Shown: positions 11,982 to 22,600 of the stretch, piece after piece | Position numbering within the stretch: position 1 is the first letter of the stretch | Layout of the letters: every line of letters begins with the position of its first letter | Assembly (NCBI GenBank): GCA_038087875.1 | Contig: JAXLNO010000655.1 | Coordinates: forward strand, 372,001-436,000 | Length of the DNA: 64,000 nucleotides | DNA from: Malacoraja senta | Taxonomy: Eukaryota | Direction: 5' to 3' | Translations under genes and position numbers: made by a program | Notes under the pieces: generated by a model | The model's input: the letters and a program-made list of their open reading frames with translations, nothing else | The model's database searches: none | What the model was told of the DNA's origin: nothing

Positions 11982-12278
11982 TTTAGTTTAGTTTAGAGAT
12001 ACAGCACGGAACCGGGCCCTTCGTCTCACCGAGTCTGTGCCGACCAGCGATAGACCGCACTAATCTCCACATTAGGGACAATTTACAATTTATAGAAGCC
12101 AAATTAACCAACAGAACTGTATGTCTTTGAAGTATGGGAGGAAACCGGAGCACCCGGAGAAAACCCACGTGGTCACAGGGAGAACGTACAAACTCCGTGC
12201 AGACAGCACCCGTAGTCAGGATCGAACCCAGGTCCCTGACGCCGTATGGCAGCAACTCTACCGCTGGGCCACCGTGCC
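11982..12278 (-). mobile_element. Full-length V-SINE (HE1-like)
   Basis: Same architecture on the minus strand. Further copies at ~18655-18945, 30781-31065, 32351-32640, 38672-38965, 50150-50463 and 57763-58050. Confidence 0.9.
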
Positions 12279-13249
12279 TCGCCTGTGTAACCAGTGTTTA
12301 CTAAAGTTGCGACATAAACTGTCTGCTCTTCATAAGATCAGAAGTGATAGGAGCAGAATTAGACCTTTCGGCCCATCAGGTCTACTCCACCATCCAATCA
12401 TGGCTGATCTATCTCTCTCCCTTCTCATCCCTTCTTCCATAACCTCTGACATCTATTCTTACAATTGTGAGCCAAGTGAATTTTTTTTAATTTATTAACA
12501 TAAATAACAACGTTCTTAGTTCTTGGCATATTGTATTTAATACTTGGAAAACAGGTCACATATTTTCAGCAAAAACTTTATGTAAGTGTCTTTGCAACAC
12601 AAACAATGTTGAACATGTAACTCAATGTTTTATTTAAATTTGGGATCATGAGCACAAAACCAAGTTGTACAAAATCCAATAATCGTCTATTCGACCACTC
12701 AGAAATCCCAATGGTTCATTATGTGCCTCACCAGGTAATGCTTCCTGAAGGAAGATAGACACAAAGTGCTGGAGTAAATCAGCGGGTCAGGCAGCATCTC
12801 TGGAGCGAAAAGATAGGTGACGCTTCTGGTCAGGACCCTTCTTCAGACTGTAAGTGGGGAGGGGGTGGGGGAGGGGCGGGGAAAGAGTTGGAGGAAAGAC
12901 CATGGCTAATCAGGGCTAGCCACAAACAATCTCAGGCAGGGAGGTGCACCCTGATAGGACAATTGTTGGTTAGGGAAGAAGTGATCTCAAGAGGGAAACA
13001 TGGTTGTGAATTGTGGCACTGATTAAATGACTCGGCTGGAATCCGGATCTCTAGCGCTGAAAGGCGGCAGCTCTACCGTGCTGTGTCTCAAACCGTGCCG
13101 CCATTATGTTATGTATCCTACTCTGTAATATCTTAAACAAAACTGAATTAAAAGATTTTGTTGGGTTTTAATAGAAATAATATCCAATAGTCTGGAAAAT
13201 CTGCCCGGCTGGCACAACCAAAGTGCCAGATTATCGGATTTCGCTCAGT

Positions 13250-13504
13250 CCTACCTGATCTCCCGGTTGCCAAACTCGTTAATTCCCTTTCCCATTCCCA
13301 CACTGATGTTTCAGTCCTGGGCCTCCTCCATCGTTAGAGTGAGGCCACATGCAAATTGGAGGAACAGCACCTTGTATTTCGCTTGGGCAGCTTACAACCC
13401 AGTGGTACGACTATTGATGTCTCTAACTTCAAGTCACCCTTGCATCCCCTCTAACTCCATCCCTCCCCCACCAAGTGCTAGTTTCAAAGTTGTCTTGTTG
13501 AGTC
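13250..13504 (+). mobile_element. Penelope-like element, GIY-YIG C-terminal fragment
   Basis: Degenerate PDLPVA..NSLSHSHTD..VLGLLHR.SEATCKLEEQHLVFRLGSLQP; interrupted by the Gypsy LTR. Confidence 0.75.
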
Positions 13505-13843
13505 TGTAACGGGGATAGCATGGACCCGATAGCAGCACAGAATCAGGCAGGTATAGTTGGTACTGAACTTTATTCCGGTACTGTAACACAGGAATGGGTA
13601 CATCGTACTCACACAGAGGCTCAGGATTGAGCGAGGGTTCTGAAGAGGGGCAGGCAGGTTCGAGTCGGGAAATCGCTGGTGAGTCTTGCATGAATGCTGA
13701 GAACAATCTGGCACTGTGGGAACGGTGAGGAGAGTCTATATACCGGATTAATTGGTGATCAGAGGCAACTGAGTGCCACAGGTGAGGAGAGTTGGGCTGA
13801 TGAGAGGGAGTGGCAGGCAGGCAGGAGAGGGCAGACTGTAACA
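13505..13843 (-). repeat. 3' LTR (339 bp)
   Basis: TGTTACA...GTTACA termini; TATATA at 13742-13737; AATAAA at ~13574-13569; 13505-13594 matches 18252-18340. Confidence 0.93.
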
Positions 13844-13846
13844 GAA

Positions 13847-13856
13847 CCCCCCCCTC
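13847..13856 (-). other. Polypurine tract
   Basis: GAGGGGGGGG, 3 nt upstream of the 3' LTR. Confidence 0.8.
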
Positions 13857-13965
13857 AAGGGATGGCTCCTGACGTCCCAAAACAAAAGGAAAAAAAAAAA
13901 CTCAATAAAGAAAATAAACCCAATCCCACACAGAGTTAGGTGGGAGGAGGGGGGCCGGAGGAGGG

Positions 13966-16900
13966 CTAATATTCGTCCGAGACATCCATGTCCGCATCCT
14001 CCTCCATAGCATCAGAGGAAAGCTCCGTCTCGTCGTCACTGGGCGCCTCAGACGGAAGAGGGGACAGAGTCTCAGGGGCGGCGACCCCTCTAGGAGTGGC
14101 GGACTTGGACGGCTGGTCGGGATGACGCCGGTGGAAACTCCCTGATGAGGGAGGCGTCCAGGATGTGTCGAGCAGGAACCCAGGACCTCTCCTCTGGACC
14201 GTAACCCTCCCAATCGACCAGGTATTGGAGACCCCTCCCAGCGACGGCAGGAGCGCAGGAGGCGGTGCACCGTAAAGGCGGGGCCTCCGTCGATGAGACG
14301 AGGAGGTGGAGGAGGAGGGACTGCGGGGACCAGGGAGCTCTCCCGGACTGGCTTTACTCTGGACACGTGGAACGTAGGATGGACACGCATGGAACAAGGC
14401 AACTTGAGCCTCACAGCCACTGGGTTGATGACCTGCTGGATCTCAAAGGGACCGATGAACCTGGGTGCCAACTTCTTGGACTCCACCCTCAAGGGAAGGT
14501 CCCGGGTCGACAGCCACACCCTCTGGCCCGCGAGGTAGGTGGGGGCCTGGGTGCGGTGACGGTTGGCAGTCGTGGCGTAACGGGCCACGGAGCGGAAGAA
14601 GAGCCGCCCTGGCTTGGGTCCACGTCCCGTGGCAGCGACGAATGAAGGCCTGGACGGACGGGCAGGAAACCTCTTTCTCCAGCGCCGGGAACAGTGGAGG
14701 CTGGAACCCGTAGGCACACTGGAAAGGGGAGAGCCCAGTGGCCGAGCTTGTCAGGGTGTTGTGGGCGTACTCCACCCACAACAACTGCTGGGACCAGGAG
14801 GAGGGATGCTTGGACACCATACACCGCAGCGCCGTCTCCATCTCCTGATTCTTCCTTTCAGTTTGGCCGTTGGACTGGGGATGATATCCAGACGTCAGAC
14901 TCACGGTGGCCCCCACAAGCGTGCAGAACTCCCTCCAGAACACAGAGGCAAACTGGGGTCCTCGGTCGGAGACCACATCGACGGGGAGACCATGGAGCCT
15001 GAAGACATGGAGTAACATGAGCTCGGCAGTTTCCTTGGCTGACGGAAGCTTGGGCAGGGGCACGAAGTGAGCCATCTTGCTAAATCTATCGACCACGGTC
15101 AGGATGGTGGTGTGACCCTGGATGGGGGCAGGCCGGTAATGAAGTCCAGGGAGATGTGGGACCATGGTCGATGGGGTACAGGCATTGGAAGCAGATGACC
15201 CGCAGGAGCTTGGTGTGAGACCTTGCGCTGGTTGCAAACGGGACAGGCGTTGACAAACTCCCCGAGGGTCCTCCTCCAGCGATGCCCACCAGAACCTCCG
15301 TAGCACCATCTCCTTGGTCCGCTGAATGCCGGGATGACAGGCGAGTCGAGAGCTGTGGGCACCACTGTAAGGACGTCGGACCGCAGGGCAGAAACCACAA
15401 ACAGGCGATCAGGAGGGCATGCGCTGGGTCCCGGCTGGTTCTCCAAGGCAGCCTTGACCCTCTCCTCCACTTCCCAGGTGAGGGAGGCAACCCTGTGCGA
15501 GGACGGGAGGATGGTTTTGGGGCCAGAGGCAGAATCCTCCTTCGCCAAGAACTGTCGAGAGAGGGCATCGGGCTTCACGTTGCGGGACCCAGGTCGGTAG
15601 GAGAGGGAGAAGTTGAAGCGGGTGAGGAAGAGAGACCAGCGGGCCTGACGCGAGTTGAGCCTCTTGGCTGACTGGAGGTATTCAAGGTTCTTGTGGTCAG
15701 TCCAAACCAAGAAAGGCTGCTCGGATCCCTCCAGCCAGTGACGCCATTCCTCCAACGCCAACTTAACGCCAACAGTTCTCGGTTGCCAATGTCATAATTC
15801 CTCTCAGCAGGGGTCAGGCGTCGGGAGAAGAAGGCGCATGGATGGAGCGTCTGGTCCCCGGCAGCCCGCTGGGACAGAACAGCTCCCATCCCCACGTCGG
15901 AGGCGTCCACCTCCACCACAAACTGTCTCTCTGAGTCCGGAACTTGGAGGATGGGGGCCGATGTAAACCGTGTCTTGAGTGTCTGAAAAGCTTCGTCGGC
16001 CGTGGCAGACCACCGGAACAGAACCTTGGAGTGAGGTGAATGCCGTGAGGGGTGCGGCCACAGTACTGTAGCCACGGATGAACCGTCGGTAAAAATTGGC
16101 GAACCCCAGGAACCTTTGGAGCTGCTTGCGGGAGTCAGGAACGGGCCAGGTGGTGACAGCAGAGACCTTGGCGGGGTCCATCTTGATGTTCCCTTGGCCA
16201 ACGATGTATCCTAGGAAGGAGACTGACGGGGAGTGAAACTCGCACTTCTCAGCTTTAACGAGGAGCGAGTTCGCCAGGGAGCCGATGTAGAACTGCCTGG
16301 ACGTGGTGTACGTCTTCCTCCTTGGTCCGTGAAAAGACGAGGATGTCATCAAGATAGACGAACACGTACTTGTTCAACATGTCTCTGAGAACGTCATTGA
16401 CCAAAGCCTGGAAGACGGCCGGGGCGTTGGTGAGGCCAAAGGGCATCATCCGGTATTCATACCGTTGAAGGCGGTCTTCCACTCATCTCCCTCTTGGTAG
16501 GCGTTGCGTAGATCCAGCTTTGAAAAGATGGTGGCCCCCTCCAGGAGCTCGAAAGCAGAGGAGATGAGTGGGAGAGGGTAGCGATTCTTCACCGTGATGC
16601 CGTTGAGCCCCCGGTAATCTGTGCAGGGATGCAGAGATTTGTCCTTCTTCTCCACGAAGGAGAACCCAGCCCCAGCAGGAGACGAGGAGGGACGGATGAA
16701 ACCAGCAGCCAAGGAGTCGTTTATGTATTTCTCCATGGCGCCTCTCTCAGGGGCGGACAGGGAGTAAAGGCGACCCCTAGGAGGAGCGGAACCAGGCAGG
16801 AGGTCTATGGCACAGTCATAGGGCTGATGAGGAGGAAGGGAGGTGGCCCTAGACTTCCTAAAAATCTCCCCAAAGTCATGGCACTCGGCTGGGACCCCCG

Positions 16901-17340
16901 TCAGATCTGGAGCAGCACTGGAGCAGGTGGCCGGTTGGGGAGCTGAGGCTTGCTTCAGGCACACTTGGTGGCAGGAAGGGCTCCAACCCAAGACGACCCC
17001 CGTCCTCCAGTCAATGTTGGGGTTGTGTCGCCGAAGCCAGGGGTAACCCAGGATGAGGGGGAAGACGGGGAGACTGCAGGATGTGGAACTGGATGGTCTC
17101 ATGGTGATTACCAGACAGGAGCATGCGCACTGGGACCGTCCGGTGAGAAACAGTCCCCAGGCGATGGCCGTCGAGGGGAACAGGTTCAGGCAGGGGAACA
17201 CAACTGATGCCTAGCTGGCGGGCTAGTTCCTTGTCCATAAGATTAATGTCACAACCAGAGCCTATTGAAGGTGGCGAGGGTGTGAGGACCATCAGACAAC
17301 AGCAGACGGGCATGACAAAGAGGGCGTCGGGCAGAGGAAC
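13966..17340 (-). pseudogene. pol: Gypsy pol (protease, RT, RNase H, integrase, chromodomain), multiply frameshifted
   Basis: [82 protein letters not shown]; chromodomain [19 protein letters not shown] (~14170-14230). Confidence 0.93.
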
Positions 17341-18234
17341 GTTCCCGTTCCTCGGGGGTGAGACTGGTGCGAGCCACCTGCATGGGTTCGGGTTGCCTCG
17401 ACGGTTGCCCCGACGAGGGTAGTCCAGTCTCCAGAGGAAAACGAGCTTGGGTGGAAAGCTGGCGGTCCGCCGGTCCCCCGTCGCCTCTCCCGACGTCTCG
17501 CCAGGATGCGTCGGTCCAGACGGGTCGTTAGCTCGATAAGCCCATCCAGAGAAGAAGGAAGGTCGTGGGACACCAACTCACCCTTGATATAGTCATTCAA
17601 GCCCAGCAAGAAAGCGTCACACTGGGCCGGGCAGGGCGTTCCAATCACTCTCACGGGCCCTGGTGCGAAAGTCAATGGCGAAGTCTGCGACGCTCTGGTT
17701 CCCCTGGCTCAACCCCAGCAGACCTCCCGCAGCGTCCGGACCATCGAAACCTTACCGAACACCTTGCGAAGCTCCGCGGCGAAGGCCTGGCAAGAGGGGC
17801 AAGCCGGCGTGTGTCGCTCCCATTCAGCCGTTCCCCACAGCCGAGCTCTGCCAGTCAGGTGATTAATGGTAAACGCCACTCTCGCCGCTTCCTGGGCGAA
17901 GGTGTAGGGCGAAGAGAATGGAACAGTTCGTGATGAATGGGTTTCAGCCCTCTGGGTCTCCAGCGTAACGCTCCGGGGTTCCCACCCGGGGCTCAGGTGA
18001 TGCTCCTGGCAGACCGGGAGCTGGTGCTGTCAGAGCCGGAGACGAAGCATGGGGTGTAGCCTGGGCGAGGGTGGTCGTCAGCTGTTGGACCTGGGCAACC
18101 AATGCTTGTTCTTGGTTTGACACAGCCTGTCGAATCTCGGAGTTGGAGGCAGTGAGCATAGCTTCGTGCTGCAGGAGCGTGTGCTCAATCCTCCCGAAGC
18201 GGTTTGACAGAGATGTAGTGTGCGCCGAGTCCAT
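17341..18234 (-). pseudogene. gag: Gypsy gag, frameshifted, lacking the CCHC knuckle
   Basis: MDSAHT...EPRVGTPERYAGDPEG; FLLGLNDYIKGELVSHDLPSSLDGLIELTTRLD; EPMQVARTSLTPEERER. Confidence 0.85.
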
Positions 18235-18239
18235 TGTTG

Positions 18240-18251
18240 GCCAGATTGTAC
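18240..18251 (-). other. Primer binding site, self-priming type
   Basis: GTACAATCTGGC directly after the 5' LTR; 11/12 complementary to the LTR segment GCCAGATTGTTC. Confidence 0.7.
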
Positions 18252-18340
18252 TGTAACGGGATAGCTTGGACCCGATAGCAGCACAGAATCAGGCAGGTAT
18301 CGTTGGTACTGAACTTTATTCCGGTACTGGAACACAGGAA
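18252..18340 (-). repeat. 5' LTR (U5 part only)
   Basis: Matches 13505-13594 with 3 substitutions and 1 indel. Confidence 0.9.
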
Positions 18341-18540
18341 NNNNNNNNNNNNNNNNNNNNNNNNNNNNNNNNNNNNNNNNNNNNNNNNNNNNNNNNNNNN
18401 NNNNNNNNNNNNNNNNNNNNNNNNNNNNNNNNNNNNNNNNNNNNNNNNNNNNNNNNNNNNNNNNNNNNNNNNNNNNNNNNNNNNNNNNNNNNNNNNNNNN
18501 NNNNNNNNNNNNNNNNNNNNNNNNNNNNNNNNNNNNNNNN
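18341..18540. other. Assembly gap (200 N)
   Basis: N run. Confidence 1.
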
Positions 18541-19322
18541 GTATTAATTAAACTAAAACCAGAAGTAAATTTGTGCATTCTTTGGGAAACAGAGACGGCT
18601 GGTCCAAGTAAACTAGCGTGGGCAGATTGGCTGAACAAGCCTCTGCATTTTTTTGTTTAGTTTAGTTTAAAGATACAGCGCGGAAACAGGCCATTAGGCC
18701 CACCGATCCCGCACCGACCAGCCATTCCCACGCATTAACACCACCCTACAAACACTAGGGACAATTTACAATTATACCAAGCCAATTAACCTACAAACTT
18801 GTACGCTTTTGGAGTGTGGGAGGAAACTGAATATCTTGGAGAAAACCCATGCGGTCACAGGGAGATTGAACAAACTCCGTACAGACAGCACCTGTAGTCA
18901 GGATCGAACCTGGGTCTCTGGCGCTGTAAGGCAGCAACGCTACCGACGAGCACAAGGGCACACGACTAATCAACGCACTTTGTGGTCGCAGGCTCTGCAA
19001 CCCAAAGAGCGACTTAAATAGCACAGAGTTGCAGCCTTGCATAAACTACTCGAACACCCACCAACCATCACTGTCACATTAAAAACACATTTTGCATCAT
19101 TAGATTCACATTACGTTTACCCCTCCTCCCTGAGCTGAATTATAAATGGATTAAGTAAATAATACCACAGCGAGCTTGGGTGACTAAGTACTGACTTGTC
19201 GCAATCTGACATTAATTTAGTTTTTGTTTAGAGTTTAGTTTAGAGATACAGTGCGGAAGAGGACCATCGGCCTACTGAGTCCGACCAGTGATCACCCTGC
19301 ACACTAATATTATACTACACAC

Positions 19323-19610
19323 TTCTTCTTCTTTAGTTTCCATCATATATGTTTCAAATGTTCGGCCAGGCTCTTGTACTGTGGACGGCCTTCTCGTTTG
19401 CCACCGCTAGATCTTCCAGGCAGCATTGTTCACCAAGAAGTGGGCATCTTAGTAGGTGTGGCATGGATTGTATAGATGTTCCACATTCACATTCTGTGTC
19501 CGCCGCATCTGCATAGCCCCGTTTGCTCATATTGGTCTTGCATCGGCCCATCCCTGTACGATGCCTATTGAGGGATTTCCAGGTCTTCCAGTCTGCAAGA
19601 GTGGTCCAAT
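19323..19610 (-). mobile_element. Vingi/Ingi-clade LINE 3' fragment inserted in a V-SINE
   Basis: WKSLNRHRTGMGRC..M...G...CECG..IQSMPHLLRCP zinc-finger end; (AAG)n tail; flanking repeat ACTACACACT at 19314-19323 and 19659-19668. Confidence 0.7.
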
Positions 19611-22600
19611 TTACACTAGGGAACATTTACACTGGGGACAAATAGGGACATTAGTGGGACTACACACTAGGGACAATTTACATGTTTACCAGAGCCAATT
19701 AACGTCCAAAGACGTTGCCACACTCCAAAGACGCACAGGTTTGTAGGTTATTTGACTTCTGTAAATTGTAAAATGTCCATAGTGTGAGGGATAGTGCTAG
19801 TGTACAGGGTGGTAGCTGGTCGGCGCAGACTCGGTAGGCCGAAGGGCCTGTTTCCACACTGTATCTCTAAAGTTAAAGTCTAAAGTTAAATTAATGCTAC
19901 TGTAGGTAACCGAATCGTGCAAAACCAAAGTCCGCAATGCAACCGGTCCATAGAAGTCCATAGCTGCTAAGGTTAGTGTTGTGCAGTGTTGAAGAGTCTG
20001 ATAGTTGTTGGGAAGAAGCTCTTCTTGAGCCTGGTGTCACGGTTTTCAGGCTCCTGTATCTGTACGATGGTAGTAACAAAATGGAAGCGTGACCAGGGTT
20101 GTGTGGGCAGGTGATCATATTACCTGTCTTTTTGTGGCAATACCTCCTGTAGATTCATTCGATAGTGAGGGGGGTCAGTACCTGTGGTGGACCAGGCCGC
20201 CTCGTCCACCACTCTCTGTAGTCTCCTTCCTTCCTGGGTGTTCGAGTTGTCGAACCATAATTGCCGTGATGCAGACAATATGCACAGTGTACAAAATCAT
20301 GAGAGGAATAGATTGGGTAGGTGCACAGAGTCTCTTGCTCAGACCAGTTGAATAGAGGACCAGAGGACGTAGGTTTAAGGTGAAGGGGAAAAGATTTAAT
20401 AGGAATCTGAGGGGTAACCTCTTCACACAAAGGTGGAACAAACTGCCAGAGGTGGTAGTTGAGGCAGGGACTATCCCAATGCTTGAGAAACAGTTAGACA
20501 GGTACATGGATAGGACAGGTTTGGAGGGATATGGGCCAAATGCGGGCAGGTGGAACTAGGTAGACACAAAATGCTGGAGTAACTCAGCGGGTGTGGCAGC
20601 ATCTCTGGAGAGAAGGAATGGGTGACATTTTGGGTCGAGACCCTTCCTCAGACTCAGTGAAGGAGATGTGTTTATCTTGCACATTATTAATATTTACCAC
20701 CAGGTCCCCCAATAGACATTTCACATCAATTTCTCTGTTTTTTTTAAATATCTCTCTGTCATGTGAAACCTTGTTCACCACAATTAGACGTTGAAATTTG
20801 ACTTTTGGATGTTCACAGGCGAGTGATGAACTCATTCCCTGGAATCCATGAAGCTTGTCATCATCTGAATCCTTCCCAGGTTGTAAGTCCTGGATGTTTC
20901 TTTGTTCTTATCTAAATTGCCTTTTGCTTCGATTTCACACTGTTCCACGCAACCTTCAATCATTTGCTGCCTCAGGAGTTCTTGCGAATTTGTTGACGTT
21001 AATCTGTGTCTCAGGTCATCTGATAAATTAGGGTTGCCTCACTCTGAGCCACGGTTCTTCTCCACGCTTAACCTTTTAAAAATGTTTAGTTTTGCATTGC
21101 GTCTCCGTTGGAATTGAATGTCCACTTAGTTTAGTTCAGAGATACAGCATGGAAACAGGCCCTTCGGCCTGTATTCCCCCCACCCCCCCCAAGCCAACTT
21201 GCATCCCAAACTTTCACCCTCTTAGGGACCACCTGTCCTCATAGTTACGTGGCAGAGTGCCCCAGCCAAACACAGCCTATAATGCGAGTTCAATTAAATT
21301 CAAATAGTGAAACCTATTCCCAAGTAAGGGCTAACAGAACATGTTGTGATTCCAACAAGTTAATGAGAAAGGCAAGTATGCATTAAATATCCTGCCGTGA
21401 TGAATCTCTTTGCTTTCTTTAAGAATGAGTAGAGTCATTACGATAAACAACACAGAAAATAGGTCCATTCTGACTTTCAAATGCCCTAGTGATTCGGGTT
21501 TCGTTTAGTTTAGAGATACAGGCCCTTGGGCCCACCGAGTCCGCACCGTCCAGCGATCCCCGCACATTAACGCCATCCTACACACACTAGGAACAATTTA
21601 ACATTTATACCAAGCCACTTAACCTGCAAACCTGTATGTCTTTGGTGGAAACTGCAGATCTGGGTGAAAACCCAAGCCGGTCAAAGAGAGAATGTACAAA
21701 CTCCGTACAGACAAGCACCCGTAGTCAGGATCGAACCTGGGTCTCTGGCGCTGTAAGGCAGTAGCTCCAACGCTGCGCCACCGTGCGGGTGGCTGTTAAG
21801 AGAGTCTCTGCCTCCCCACCAACTCCGTAGAAAATGTGTTCCAGATCCCAACCACTCTCTGGGTGAAGAAAAAAACCCTCTTTCTCACATCCCTGTTAAA
21901 TCTTTTACCTCCCACTATAAATGTTTGTCCTCCAGTTTTAGACGGTACTGCTATGGGAAATGGTTTTGACTGATTGAAAGATATAGCATGGAAACAGGCC
22001 ATTCGGCCCAACGAGTTCCCAATGACCATTAATCACCCATTCGCAATAGTTCTATGTTATCCCACATTCACATTCACTCCCTACACACTAGGGGGAATTT
22101 ACAGCGACCAATTAACACGCAAACCGAGGGGGGAAACAACAGAGTCACATGTAGAACGTGCAAACTCCACACAGACAGCTTGCGAGTTCAGGATAGAACC
22201 CGAGTCTCTGGTGTTGTGAGGTATAAATGTAAAATTGTCCCTGGTGTGTGTCGGATAGTGTTAATGCAGGGATCACTGGTCGGTGTTGACTCGGTGGGTG
22301 GAAGTGGGTGTTTCTGCGCTGTCTCTCTAAACTAAACTATATCAGGCAGAGGATGCAAACAGAACCCGACTCAAGGGCGAGATTCTACAACAGTAAGTTT
22401 AGACAAAATATATGGGGCAAGTCTTTTACAGAAAGGGTGGTGGGAGTCTGGAACACGCTTCCAGGGGTAGTGGTGGAGGCACATAAGATGCTTTTGGACA
22501 GGCACATGGATATGCAGGGATCCTGTGCAGGCAGAGGAGATTAGCTTAACTTGGCATTGGTGTTGTGGGCTGAAGGGCCTATTCCTGTGCAGTACTTTCC

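Larger units (their letters stand above)
13505..18340 (-). mobile_element. Gypsy/Ty3 chromovirus LTR retrotransposon (Tf1/sushi group), defective; 5' LTR runs into the assembly gap
   Basis: Two LTR copies, PBS, gag, then PR-RT-RH-IN order with a chromodomain, and a PPT. Confidence 0.95.

Noticed and set aside
20700..21120. Protein-like minus-strand stretch
   Set aside because: Interrupted by stops in the frame I translated; no motif recognised.
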